Positions 26,688-40,112 of a stretch of 64,000 bases of DNA are shown in pieces. How positions within the stretch are numbered: position 1 is the stretch's first letter; every line of letters starts with the position of its first letter. Where the stretch lies: assembly GCA_964016885.1 (NCBI GenBank), contig OZ024748.1, forward strand, positions 7,750,001 to 7,814,000. Reading direction: 5' to 3'. The stretch comes from Eledone cirrhosa (lineage: Eukaryota). Position numbers and translations under genes: made by a program. A model generated the notes under the pieces. That model was not told the origin of the DNA, did no database searches, and saw only the letters and a list, made by a program, of their open reading frames with translations.

Positions 26688-27513
26688 TCATCAACATCAT
26701 TTTACGCCCACTTTTCCATGTAAACTAGGAGATATAATTTGTGCTCTGGTGGAATATAGTGAGTTGCATAAGACAATAAGTATAGGTTAACAATATATTG
26801 AGAGAGTAATTTCTATAAGATACAATAATCTTCTATGTCTATGAAAATGGCAGATGTTATGAAATATATGCAACAAATGCAATACTTAGTGGTATATTTG
26901 CAATAGACGTAGAAATAGGCCAAGTATGAACTGCTAGATGTACATTGTATTTAGCCAGAAATGTTGGATTGCTAGTAAATTGTGAAAACTATTTGACACC
27001 AGAAGTATGTGGGGGAAATATTTATAATGTTATAAATGTAATATGAGGGAGGTGAATTGGCAGTATCGGTAGAGGGTAGAGGGTCGGACACCATGCTTTG
27101 ATGCATAGAGTTACGGCCCTTGCTATTATGAGTTCAAATCCTGCCGAGGTTAACTTTGACTTTCATCCTTACGGGGTCGATAAAATAAAGTACCAGCAAT
27201 GTACTGGATAATTGCTGGCCTTGTGCCAATAGTAGAAACAATTATATGAGGGAGAAATATCTATACTACTATAAATTTAATACAGATATATGGGAGAAAT
27301 ATTTATATTCTTATAAATGTTATGCATATATAATGTATGTAACGAGTGAGGAATTGTTGAGAATGAGAGAAGGATAGCTGAAGTAATGCAAATATGGGAA
27401 GAAGTGATTAGATCTAAGAATGATACATTTCAGAGGAGAAAATCAAAAGGGTTAAAACAACAAAGACTAAAGATGGTGGAATGGTGAGCTCTTGATATAT
27501 GACAACTTTAGTC

Positions 27514-27700
27514 CAGGGTTGTTTCAAACTGTAGGGCATAACCCCTCAGTGGGTCACAAAATAAATACAATGGGGTATCACATTAAGAAAAAATAAATCT
27601 ACAAAAATAAGCAAGTGAAATTGACCATTTGTATACTGGGTCAAAATATATCATGTTCTTGTTGTGGGTCACAGCAAAAGATGAGAGCAGCAACTGGGTA
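27514..27700. mobile_element. hAT-like MITE remnant whose right end seeds the adjacent array
   Basis: Left end cagggttgtttcaaactgtagggcataacccc..tgggtcac; right end aaaagatgagagcagcaactg resembles CAG..CTG hAT (Charlie-type) termini. Confidence 0.45.
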
Positions 27701-28268
27701 TATTGGGTCACAATATATCATGTTATTGTTGTGGGTCACAGCAAAAGATGAGAGCAACAACTGGGTATACTTGTTCACAATATATCATGTTCTTGTTGTG
27801 GGTCACAGCAAAAGATGAGAGCAGCAACTGGGTATACTGGGTCACAATATATCATGTTCTTGTTGTGGGTCACAGCAAAAGATGAGAGCAGCAACTGGGT
27901 ATACTGGGTCACAATATATCATGTTCTTGTTGTGGGTCACAGCAAAAGATGAGAGCAGCAACTGGGTATACTGGGTCACAATATATCATGTTATTGTTGT
28001 GGGTCACAGCAAAAGATGAGAGCAACAACTGGGTATACTGGGTCACAATATATCATGTTCTTGTTGTGGGTCACAGCAAAAGATGAGAGCAGCAACTGGG
28101 TATACTGGGTCACAATATATCATGTTATTGTTGTGGGTCACAGCAAAAGATGAGAGCAACAACTGGGTATACTGGGCCACAATATATCATGTTATTGTTG
28201 TGGGTCACAGCAAAAGATGAGAGCAAAAACTGGGTATACTGGGTCACTAACTATCATGTTCTTGTTAT
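27631..28268. repeat. 67-bp tandem repeat, ~9.5 copies
   Basis: gatgagagc recurs at 27680, 27747 and onward with a 67-bp period. Confidence 0.95.
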
Positions 28269-29145
28269 TGAGGAATGTCACTCTAGAGAAATTCAGCCAA
28301 AACCTGACGAGATATCAATCTCAAAAGCAATGCTAGAATTACAATATCTATTAAAAAAAAACTTTATAGATATTATACGAGATTGAAATACTGTTAAGTA
28401 CCATTTCTACAGAAAAGTCAAACAAAGAGCTACTCTAGATCAATAGAATTTCTAATTCTTCATCTACAAATATTAATAAAGCCTAAGGAACTTGTTGTCT
28501 GTAACATTCTTACAATATCCAATCTATTTTCCAACAAAGAAACATTCAACTATGCTGCACACTAGTACAATAATGCACTAAAGTAGATTTAAAGAAAAAC
28601 TTACAATATCTAACATATACACATATAACATATACCCCAACAATATATGACATATACACCAACAACATATAACATACACACCAACAATATATAACATATA
28701 CACCAACAAATGTATGAAAAGAAAAATACACATTTTCAATTCTGCCTATAGGAGTCACATCTAACCTAACCAGAAACTTTCTAACATTGATAAACGCACA
28801 TTTCTTTACCAATCACAAAGACTACAAGCTGTTAAAAAAAATCAATATAACAATTTATAATATAATTCTGTCTTGATATTCATGTGTTTGAGTGTTATGC
28901 TGTAAACAGCCTTCACTATGAAATGAAACTGAAGATATAACCAAACATTTTAGTACAAAAATATAGGCTGGTGCCTAAGAGTACAATACTCCCTCCAGGA
29001 CAGGACAATAGTCCATCACAGGGTTAACTTTAAGCTACTGCTGGTACTAATTTCCAGCTGAGGATACTGGATCAACATGAAATGAAGCATTTTGCTTAAA
29101 AACACAACACACAACCCAGTTCAGGACTATATATATATACATGCA

Positions 29146-29367
29146 TAAGAAAGTTAATGAAATATATTCATAGACTCTTAAGCATACAATAAAATATATC
29201 AAAGCTTACAGACTAGGTATTTTGTTTTAATTTTTATCAATTTTAATAAGATACTCTACAAATTATGTAATCTTGCATTCAGTACAGATTGTCTCTAGTC
29301 TTTAAGCTTTGATATATCTTAATGCAAGCTTAAGTGTCTATCAATATATTTCATTAACTTTCTTATA
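29146..29367. repeat. Inverted repeat (~70-bp arms, ~80-bp spacer) next to a TA run; fold-back family E
   Basis: ataagaaagttaatgaaatatatt..aaagcttacagactag versus ctagtctttaagcttt..aatatatttcattaactttcttat. Confidence 0.75.
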
Positions 29368-29418
29368 ATGATTAAGGCTCGATTTTATTATATTGAGCTG
29401 TGTTTAGAGACAAGACAT

Positions 29419-29573
29419 CTCTATATCTAAGGCGGGTAAAATTCCCGAGATCCATGGACGAGTTCTCTCCAGCGGTCTCTGTCCCTCATTATCGCTGCCA
29501 TCTCCTGCATCTCCAACAGACCAGTGTCTGTCCTTAGGGCATCAACATACGTTAACCTTGGTCTTCCTCTTCT
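29419..29573 (-). mobile_element. Very short 5'-truncated RTE LINE insertion with 11-bp TSD
   Basis: Reads RRGRPRLTYVDALRTDTGLLEMQEMAAIMRDRDRWRELVHGSREFYPP*; agacaagacat duplicated at 29408-29418 and 29574-29584. Confidence 0.85.
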
Positions 29574-30010
29574 AGACAAGACATATGTTTGATTTTGTAT
29601 CATCATGACATCCTTTATTTTGAATATAATATAATAATAATAATAATTGTTTCTACTTTTGGCACAAGGCCAGCAATTACCCAGTGTATTACTGGTACTT
29701 TATTTTATCGACCTCGTAAGGATGAAAGGCAAAGTTAACCTCGGCAGGATTTGAACTGAGAATGGCAAGGGCCGTAACTCTACGCATCAAAGCATGGCGT
29801 CCGACCCTCTACCGATACTGCCAATCCATCACCCTATATATAATAATAATAATAATAATTGTTTCTACTTTAGGCACAAGGCCAACAATTACCCAGTGCA
29901 TTACTGGTACTTTATTTTATCGACCCCGTATATATATATTTATTAAAATAACAGATTAAAGTCTAAGCAAAGAATCGCTGCTTCCACCCTTACCGGGATC
30001 TTCTGATTAC

Positions 30011-30294
<284 letters not shown>

Positions 30295-31177
30295 TAGTTG
30301 AAATCAAACAATTAGCTCTCTAGTAGTTTTGAAAATAGTTTATTGGCTAAGTTTAGTATGTTTATAATCTCTTACCTCTGCGACATTTCTTTCAAAGAGG
30401 CTAAGATAGAAGTTGAACTTGGTTAACTATAAATAGACAAAATAATCTTATGTTGCAGACAAAGATATCATATTCATAATAGATTTCATTATATATATAT
30501 ATATGTACATGGCGGTGGATTGGCAGTATCGGTAGAGGGTCGGACGCCATGCTTTCCAGCATAATTACGTCCCTTTACGATCTGAGTTCAAATCCCGCCG
30601 AGGTTGACTTTGCCTTTCATCCTTATGGTGTCGATAAAATAAAGTACCAGTAATGCACTGGGTAATTGCTGGCCTTGTGCCTAAAGTAGAGACAATTATA
30701 TATATATATGTACAAATTATAACTGTAACATTATATATATATATATACATGTATGTAAAAGGTAAACAGAAATAATAACACAATCGGTACAGTATATGGA
30801 AGGAATATATTAGGTTAACGCTTGAAATAGCTGGAAGAGGGTCTTAACATTTAGGATGCTAGTCCATCAGAAAAAAGAATTAGAAATTAGATAGTTTGAA
30901 GGGACGGGCTGGCTGGATTGGGAACAAATGTCAGTTGATAAAAATAACAGGTCCATTCATGTTGCCATCATACATATATACATATACATATATTCTTATA
31001 TATACATATGTATAGAAATATACCTTTGTATATATACGTATATCATCATCGTCATTGTTTTTATGCCCGCTTTTCCATGCTTACATGGACGTATATATAT
31101 ATATATATACGTCCATGTAAGCATATATATATATACAATATATTAATAAATGGAAACTATATTTATAAAACCATATT

Positions 31178-31242
31178 TATTTTATTATACATATTTCAAG
31201 AGCAACCAAGACAAATATGGTGCGCTTTCATCAGATAAAATA
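31178..31242 (-). ncRNA. Minimal hammerhead motif (mirror copy in inverted arm)
   Basis: Reverse strand: tattttat CTGATGA aagcgcacca..tggttgctctt GAAA tatgta ta ataaaata. Confidence 0.7.
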
Positions 31243-31345
31243 CAGATTTGTTTTATAAATAAATATTGACATACCCGGTTGGAGCTTCCTGGATAAGGTT
31301 GTCTTTTTTCCGGGTATGTCAATATTTATTTATAAAATAAATCTG

Positions 31346-31410
31346 TATTTTATCTGATGAAAGCGCACCATATTTGCCTTGGTTGCCCTTGAAATATGTA
31401 TAATAAAATA
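31346..31410 (+). ncRNA. Minimal type-I hammerhead ribozyme motif
   Basis: Stem I tattttat/ataaaata; core CTGATGA 31354-31360; stem II aagcgcacca..tggttgccctt; GAAA 31391-31394; near-palindromic stem III; predicted cut after AUA at 31402. Confidence 0.75.
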
Positions 31411-31541
31411 AATATGGTTTTATGAATATAGTTTCCATTTATTAATATATTGTATATTTACTCCACTAACTTGTTGAGTGCTTTATATTAGTTATAAACA
31501 TTTTTAAGCTTGTTGAATCCCAGCAAATTAAATATAACCTC

Positions 31542-31605
<64 letters not shown>

Positions 31606-32264
31606 CATGTGTGTGTATTGAATGCAAGTTATATAAACCTAGCTTTCTGTTAAGTTTGAAAATAGTATGTTGACTAAGTTTAGAAGATTTCTTAGTGTGA
31701 TTCTCTGGAAAAGGCCAAGTAAGATGAAATCTGGACTGAAAGTTGAGCAAATCAACTCTTTGTATGAAAACCTTTTGAAGAATGCCTTGATAAGAGAGGA
31801 CATTGAACTCATCATGTCTGGTGATTTTTCTGGGGCATGTTGAAAAACTCTTTCATAACTATTCTCATCTACATGGAGGTTATAATTTAAAAATAGATTC
31901 ATTAGTGAATCTTATCACATTATTTTGTTTCAGAATTTTTAAAAGGAAAATTAATACTGATTGCCTTCCTAAAATATATTTTCATTATTTGTTAATTTTA
32001 TCCTTTTCTGTCTTCTATTTATTTTAGTTGCCTAAATACATTTTATCTCTGGTTATTTAATTGAAACAAAATTTCCCAAGAATCCTGATTAACAAGAAAA
32101 ATGAATTTCATTTTCTGTAAGTAGACTTTTTTTCTCTATCATTTCAAAATTACTTGTTGTATTTTAGGAATTGTATATATTGAAATTGATGGAAAAAGGT
32201 GTTCCTAATAGAGAACCCATTACTAAAACGGAAGTCTAATAAGGCCTCTTTATTAGCATTTAGA

Positions 32265-32495
32265 TCAGTTTATTGAGCTGTAGAAATGAGTTACGACATC
32301 ACTGGTGCCAAACTGTATCGGCCATTGCCTTTCCCTTGGACAACATCGGTGGTGTAGAGAGGGGAGGCTGGTATGTATGGGTGACTGCTGGTCTTCCACA
32401 AACAACCTTGCTCGGACTTGTGCCTTGGAGGAGAACTTTCTAGGTGCAAATCCCAGGTCATTCATGACCGAAGGGAGTCTTTACCCTTTACCCTA
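32265..32495 (+). mobile_element. SINE family 3, 3' part (full copy at 54208-54542)
   Basis: Shares ctgtagaaatgag core end with family 2, then a different tail ending tttaccc repeats. Confidence 0.7.
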
Positions 32496-33531
32496 TTGTA
32501 GCTACATCACTGGGTTGTGAGAGTTTTCTTAGGAGCTAACAATGTCATCCATTGCTCCACCTCCCCTAATAGTATACCACTGTTGGTCCAGGAATGCTTA
32601 TTCATCTGCCAGAAGCCTGATTATATTGCAACAAACCATCATATTTTGTGGTTTTATCACTATCCACCATCTTCGACTTGTTCTCTAGTAGAACAGCTCA
32701 GAGAAGTAAAGTTAAAAAAGTTAATAGGTAAATGAATTAATTACTGAAGAGAATACAATACTATGATTATCACTTTATTATTTATAATATAGGAAATTGA
32801 AGATTAATTGACGTTAATTGTCTCATTAATTATACATCTAACGAATAGAAATTTTTAAAAAAATCCATCTAATTTATACTAAGAAAAGATGTGGTAATAT
32901 TGATCTGTCAGCTTACACATCTGTTACTCAACATGTACATACTTGTTTCATATTTGCACTTGTTGTTAACTAAATATTAATATTTATTCTATATCTTGTT
33001 TTACAAGTCAAAAGTAAAAAAAAATCATAGCACTGTATCATTTGCTGTTCTCAGACAAACTAATTTATTATTTATCATTATTATAACAATTACAATCATC
33101 ATCATCATCATAATCATTATTGTCATCCTCATCATTTAATGCCTGCCCCCCCCCCCCCCACGTTAGCAAACGTTGTATGGATTGTCATAGACCATGTCAG
33201 GCCACTGACCTCTTAGATTGGCTAGAGGCTACATCTTGCTTACTACATACATTATCTCTCACACACACTCTCTCTCATGTCATCAGCTCTAATCTGTTGT
33301 TATGTGTTTGACACAACTGAAGAGTCATCTCAATCCTTTGTTTGGCATGGTTTCTATGGTTAGATACCTTTCCTATCATCAATCACTTTACAGATGGTAA
33401 TAGGTATATTTTTACCATCACCAGCACTATACTTCTAAATTTATACAGTTTTTCTCTGTAAGCATTTGTTTTGCTTCTTTTTATTTCCAGTTGATTCCAT
33501 TGTTTACATCTATTCTTAATGCTTGGTTTAA

Positions 33532-33751
33532 CCCTTTAGCATTTACATTATTCTATATTTACTATTGTATTTTCATGGTAAAGTCTTTACCTCATATAAT
33601 ATCTCACATAATATCGAATCTATGAGATTTTGATATTATTTATTTTGAGAACAATACCTTAACATCAGTATGAGTGGCCAGTTACAGCCAGTTTGAACAG
33701 AAAGAGGTGAGAGAATTCTGGCCAATTACGGCCGGTTTAAATGCTAAAGAG
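33532..33751. mobile_element. MITE family 1 copy
   Basis: ttaa|ccctttagcattta...taaatgctaaagag|ttaa. Confidence 0.85.
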
Positions 33752-34989
33752 TTAAACTTATCTTATATTATGCCACAACAGTGTTTGGTAATAGAATGGT
33801 AAGTTAGAAGCTGAGTATAGAAGCTCTATTTACATCTATATGTATTCTTCATCCTAAGCTCTCCCCACCATTTACATAACAACCATAGTTTTATTGTTGG
33901 CCTTATTACAATATCTTGAGAACTAGAATACTAAATAACATATTTTTGACAAGTAGTTATCTAGAAATGGTTCCATAAGAATAATGGTAGCATTAGTTGA
34001 ATAGGCTGGCACAGAGTCAGGTTGCAGCTTTTCTGCTATTATTATATTAAGGGCAGTAGGGCGGTGGATTGGCAGAATCGGTAGGGCACTGGACAACATG
34101 CTGTGTAGCATAGAGTTATGGCCCTTTATGTTCTGAGTTCAATTTACACTGAGGTTAGCTTAGCTTTTCATCCTTACGGGGCTTGATGTAATAAAGTACC
34201 AGTAATGCACTGGGGTTGATTTAATCAACTTCCCCCTGTCCTTCCAATTGCTGGCCTTTGTACCATCAGTAGAATTAATTACATTAAGGACTAGTGAACT
34301 GGAAGAGTTGTTAGAGCATCGATTATGTTTGTGAACATAACTTAACAGAGGTTCTTACATAAAATTATGTTGGATGGGCTTTAGATAAATATAAACACTT
34401 AAACCCTTTTGTTGCCATATTTCTAATGAAAGACAGTCTATAATTTTCAAATCATTTTGAAGATAATCAAAAATTTGGAAAGGTTTAATGAAATAACTAA
34501 ATTTCTAATTATTAAGTTCGTGTTTGGAACATAACTTAACAAAGGTTCTTACATAAAATATGACAACGATCCAGAATCAATATGCAAATAAATTGTTGAT
34601 GTCCATTACTGATATTTCTCAATCAATTACATTCTTAATAAATCTGTGGACTACAGAAATAAAGCAATAGAAAGCGAAGAGACATAGTAATCTCTGACCT
34701 TTAGTTACAATAAAAATAACTCTGTAGACGTGAACAGATTGAACAATACTGATGTGAACATGAAAAGTGATGCTCTTATAAAAATAAGTTAACCTATGTT
34801 GAGACTAGAAATGTGGAAACTAACATATTTATCTCCCTTCTCAAATATTTAGTGGTTACAAGGAGGGTATAATACTAGCTAACCCTGTAGAAATTTCATG
34901 GTTTAATTAGAAACAACCAAGTATTAAAGATTAATATGCCATTTTATATGTTTTATTTAGAAGTTATATATATATATATATATATATAT

Positions 34990-35179
34990 AACGAAGGAAA
35001 TGTGGTAAGGAACCAGGTGGACCATAACGCACCAAAGTACTCAATACTTAGGGTAGTAGAGTGGGTAATAGGAACGAGTAGGACCCCGACGACTGCGCTC
35101 AAGCCATTTCGACGGCTAATTCAGTCCAGAATTAGCCGTCGAAACGGCTTGAGCTCAGCCATCGGGGTCCTACTCGTTC

Positions 35180-35183
<4 letters not shown>
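34990..35183 (-). mobile_element. Fold-back element family C in (TA)n (55-bp arms)
   Basis: Same tail and same arm end point (ataggaac) as the 1990-2192 copy, with a few arm mismatches. Confidence 0.85.
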
Positions 35184-35222
<39 letters not shown>

Positions 35223-35244
35223 CATACATATATATATACATACA

Positions 35245-35318
<74 letters not shown>

Positions 35319-35520
35319 CATATATATATATATATGTGTGTGTGATATAATTGTCCAGATATTAAATAATAAAAATATTTGCACAGACACACTCTTACCA
35401 TTGCCTTTCCATAAAGACTTGTTACAGCTCTCTCTTTCACTCACTCATACAATCTCGTTTCCATAAATACATTAGATTTTTTAAAAAATCCAGTGCTACT
35501 GTCACCATTGCCACCCCAGC

Positions 35521-35556
<36 letters not shown>

Positions 35557-35814
35557 ACACGACAGACATTTTACATTAAATGTACAACAGCTGTAATACA
35601 ATAGATTGGGTTGGGCCAACTCTATTATTTCCCTTGGTTATGGTGAAGGACACAGACGATTGAAGCCTTTTTTGGTTTGTTCACAACTATTTTGTCTATT
35701 TAGTCTAAGTTTTACTAAGACAACACCTTCCATAGCTTTCATAATTCAGATGAAAAATTGCTTCTAACTTTCTTTTACTTTCTTTTTTTCTTTGGTTAGT
35801 TGGTATTATTATAG

Positions 35815-35905
35815 TTCTTCTTCTTCTTCTTCTTCTTCTTCTTCTTCTTCTTCTTCTTCTTCTTCTTCTTCTTCTTCTTCTTCTTCTTCTTCTTCTTCTT
35901 CTTCA
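35815..35905. repeat. (TTC)n microsatellite
   Basis: About 30 uninterrupted TTC units; source of the poly-Ser ORF. Confidence 0.95.
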
Positions 35906-36533
35906 CATCTCTCCTTCTTCTTCTTCACATCTCTCCTTCTTCTTCTTCACATCTCTCCTTCTTATCTTTCTTTCTTCTCCTCTTCCCTTCTCCTTTCTAA
36001 TGACCTTGATGTAAAGAAACTGCTAGAGATGTTTGGAAGCATTCCCTCTGCTATCAGCTTCCATAATACAGATTCTTCAGATAACACATACACAGGAATC
36101 ATTAACTTATGTTTTTCTTTAGATTCACATTTTACTACAGCAATAATACTGATTTATTTTTACAAATGGTATCATATTTCTGAAAAGTTGCCCCAGTTAT
36201 TTCTTTCTTTGCTTCTTTATCCACTTCACTTGTCTGTCTTTTCTGCTCATCCTCCTCCTCCTCCAATCCTTCTCCTACTATTACTACTCCCCTCCTCCCA
36301 CTCCTCCCCCTCCATTCTCTCCCATCTCTCATATTTCTTTTTCTTTTCATTTCTTTTCTTTTCATTCTCATTTATATATTTAAAATGTTAATGAAATAAA
36401 TATTTGTAATATCGTTTTATTTTCATATATTTATATAAATATAGATCTAGAAGAATGTAGTAGATTAGGCTTTTGTATGCAAATGGTAATTATTTTATTA
36501 ACCACAGTGGTATTAAATATGTAAGTATGTAGG

Positions 36534-36596
<63 letters not shown>

Positions 36597-37109
36597 AAAA
36601 AAACATACACACATGTAGCTGCATAAATTGCTTTCAGTATTAATCTAGGACTTAATAAAAATAATACATTTATTTTAAAAATACAAACGTACTTATAAAT
36701 ATATAAATGTATGTCTAGATTTTGACATCTCTTCATAGTTGCAGCCAATACAAGAAACATATATGAGATAAGCAAGAATACTTACAATCCCCTCTCTTAC
36801 ATAATAAATAAGTTAAGAAACTCCAACCAACCAGTAGTAACACATACAATGAAATCAATGCCGAAGCACAAGAAATTCTGACAAAAATAGATAAATAAAT
36901 AGAAAACTAATATCGAAGTGAAACTTATATGACTTGTTAAAAACTCAGCATTCATCACACTGAAGGACCACAGAAGCAACCTTGAAACCTTACCTCAATT
37001 TAGACTTAGTTATTCTGCCAGAAATGATTCTGGTGTAGTTGTAGTTATTAAAATTGACTTAGTTTTAATTTTTTAGACTAACTATCTCAGACAAAAGAAT
37101 TAAAGTTAT

Positions 37110-37567
37110 CTTAGTCTTTGGCCCTAGGACCACCTCCCTACTCACCACCATTGGCACAGAGTTGGCTACCTGTAACAGTGGAAACATCTGGTGTTCTTGG
37201 CCCTAGGACCAACTCCCTACTCACCACCATCAGCAGAGAGTTGGCTACCTGTAGCAGTGGAGACTTCTGGTGTCCTTGGTCCTGGGACCAGCTCCCTACT
37301 TACCACCTTCATCACAGAGTTGGTTACCCATTCTAGTGGAGACTTCTGGTGTACTTGATCCTAGGATCACCTTCCTATTCACTACTATCGGCACGGAGTT
37401 GGCTACCCACAGGTGTAAGCCTTGCAAGCTGGAATGGCTACTCTTCCAACATGTCTCCCTCACCATCCTCCCAGGAAAACACTTTCTCTATTCTGTCTGC
37501 AAGGGCCATGGGGCGGCCAGTGCATAGGCTCCCATTTGCTTATAATAGTAGGAGATGGGGAGAGAGA
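37110..37567 (+). mobile_element. Dispersed element with diverged 79-bp internal repeats (reverse copy of 47925-49198)
   Basis: Units contain ccctaggacca..gagttggctacctgtagcagtggag; unique flank cttccaacatg..ataatagtaggagatgggga is shared with 47925-48060. Confidence 0.75.
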
Positions 37568-38809
37568 TCGAGGCAGTGAAAATGGGAATTTGATTCTTTT
37601 ATGTTCAGTCCTTGTTAGGAATTTTTTGTTTCAGTGTATATGTCGATACACACACACTCAAAGTGGTTCAGCGAAAAAGCATTGATAAAATGAGTAACAG
37701 ACTTGTTAGACTAAAGAATAAAAAAACTATCTTAGTTAGGGTAAAGGCATAAAATGGTTTACAAATTTGAATCTGAATCAGTCACCACGTGGTTTAATGT
37801 TGTCCAAAACAAAGCCAAACTGAAAAATTATCTGATTTGATATCATTGATTATTATCCTTCTATAAGCCAGGAGCTTTGATTGCGGTTTTATGTCAATAA
37901 AAAGAAAAGATTTAGCTAATATAAACACAATCAATTCCAGTAGAGTTTGTTAAAGACTCTGAATCATTAATGTCATAGCAATGTATCTTTATGCTTGGAA
38001 CAAACAGATTAACTGGTAATTTTAAATTACCGCTCCAAATTGAATGGCAATACATCTAGCATCTAATTACCATTAGGATTGTATCCAACTAATAAAATAA
38101 AGATACGTTGATATATTTTGCACATATAGATGTCCCTGTTTTGTTTTTGCATAAAACATATTCAATGTATATTTGTCTACAATGCCAATATTGATATAAA
38201 GTCAATATTGACACTATCAACCTGTCCTACAAACATGATCATGAGTGTGTGTAAGTGGTGGTGGTGGGGGCATATATGTGTGTGTGGGGTGTGTGCATAT
38301 ATGTGTGTGTATGAATGAGGGATGTGAATTTCAAGCCCGGAGCAAGGTTCAGCAGGTTTTCATGCACAATATTTTTTTGTAAAAAACTGCGACTTATTTA
38401 TGAGTATATATGGAAGTTATTGAGCTCGAACAGACACACATTAGTTTGTTGGAAGATAGTTCTGTTTCTCATATGATCCCCAAACCTTGCAATATTTGCT
38501 GGATTGAAACGTGTTCTATACAGAAAGTAACCTTTAATCTTTTAGTTAAAGAATTAAAAGACTAAATAGGTGTTATAGAAAATTAAAGGACTGAGAAAAG
38601 AGTTAGAAAGGTAGAATTTTACCATAGCAATTTTATTATATATATAAATATATATCACATAAGAAACGGAGAATCAGTGTTGCGACGAATAAAATTCTGA
38701 AATCACAAGGTCCTATCATCATCATCAATATATATATATATATATATATAGGAAAAGAGTCAGGACCCCGACGGCTAAGCTCTGGCTATTTCGACAGCTA
38801 GATCTGAAC

Positions 38810-38832
<23 letters not shown>

Positions 38833-38840
<8 letters not shown>

Positions 38841-39012
38841 ATACTTGGGGAGGGTCATATTTGTGTAATATTGCCAGAATTAATAACAGAACACACTCAC
38901 TGTTTGGTTGGTTTTCGCTTTTCGCTTCTGTGTATTTTATATCGGTAATCTAATTTATTCGGTCCTCAATGTTGCCATTGACTGACCAACGGTCTAAAAT
39001 AATACAGATACA
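38833..39012 (-). mobile_element. Family F terminal fragment beside (TA)n
   Basis: ttgttatacttggggagggtcat motif shared with 19840-19885, 50352-50610 and 63585-63755. Confidence 0.65.
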
Positions 39013-39035
39013 ATATAGACACAAACACATATATA

Positions 39036-39880
39036 TAGTTTATCAAAGTTCTTTCGTTGCACATCTGCAACATCGTCAGTGGTGCTATTGTTTCCTCCCG
39101 TTGCATTGTATTTTCTACGCCATCTTTATTTAGTCTGTTTATATATTTATTTGTTTATTTTATTTTGTCTTCTTTGCGCATGCGTTTGCGTGTGTGTAGA
39201 GTGTTTTGTTTGATGTGTGTTCGTGATTGGGTGACTGTGTATTGGTTAATGTATTCTATCTTTACTAGTGTGTGTTTATATGTGTTTGTTGTTATTGTGC
39301 TTGTGTATGTATTTATTTATTTATTTATTTATTTATCTATTTATTTATTTATACTTCTCTTAGGTCAGTGTTGTTTGTTTGGGTGTTGTTATTCCATTCA
39401 TTCTTTCTGTTTAGCCTTGGCCTTCTAAGTTCTATTTCACTGGCCTCTCTGATTTGCCTATCTGCTGGGTCATTTCTATGTTTAGATATTATTCTAATTT
39501 CTATGTTGTCTATGTTACCGTCGTGTTGTTGTCTGGCATGTTCGTATAGTACTGAACCATTTTTTCGTCCTTTTAGTTCCCCCCAGTGTTGGTCTATCCT
39601 TTCACCTATGCTACGAGCTGTCTCGCCTATGTATGTTGTTGTCATGTTTCTGCAAGTACCCTCTGTACATCTTATGCTATAGACTACGTTTCTAGTTTTA
39701 CAGGTTATCCGGGGGTTTACCTTACATATGATACATTTCCTATTAGTACAGTGGGTTTTCTTAAAAGGTTAGGTTTTGCTGATTAGGGATTTTATGGTGG
39801 TTCCTGGCTTTTCTACCACCTTAATCTTTAAGTGGGTCTTTCTCAGGGCCTTTCTACACTGGTTAGCTAATTTCCCTCCA
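39036..39880 (-). mobile_element. Penelope-like retroelement 3' fragment with GIY-YIG endonuclease
   Basis: HCTNRKCIICK..CKTRNVVYSIRCTEGTC..TYIGETARSIGERIDQH..SVLYEH..RQIREASEI..PRLNRKNEW (stop 39349); stop/frameshift further upstream; between TA runs. Confidence 0.88.
39041..39083 (-). ncRNA. Minimal hammerhead motif in Penelope-like 3' region
   Basis: Minus strand: cca CTGACGA t gttgca-gatg-tgcaac GAAA gaac tt tga; perfect 6-bp stem II, stems I and III slightly decayed. Confidence 0.65.
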
Positions 39881-39923
39881 CACGATTTCATATCAAAAAC
39901 CTCGCAAAACTAATTCATCACCG

Positions 39924-39990
<67 letters not shown>

Positions 39991-39998
<8 letters not shown>

Positions 39999-40112
39999 TA
40001 ACAGATTAAAGTTCAAGCAAAGTTATTTTAATAAATATTTGCTCTATCGTTTTCATATATATTTATATATATATTATCCTTATCGAGCCCTCTTCGGATT
40101 TTAGTCTTCATA
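39991..40112 (+). mobile_element. Short fold-back fragment family G beside (TA)n
   Basis: tattaaaataac..gttattttaata hairpin then gctc..gagc; same start tattaaaataacagattaaagt at 29942. Confidence 0.5.

Larger units (their letters stand above)
31134..31545 (+). mobile_element. Fold-back element family A (arms 31134-31278/31310-31454 + tail), Penelope-like pLTR derivative
   Basis: ~145-bp inverted arms, TA-repeat flanks, hammerhead motif in each arm. Confidence 0.85.

Noticed and set aside
31620-31902. Coding-looking stretch (..NALIREDIELIMSGDFSG..)
   Set aside because: No recognisable motif or splice sites; possibly a decayed TE but unsupported.
35792-36391. 199-aa poly-Ser ORF and its antisense
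   Set aside because: Produced by (TTC)n and pyrimidine tracts.
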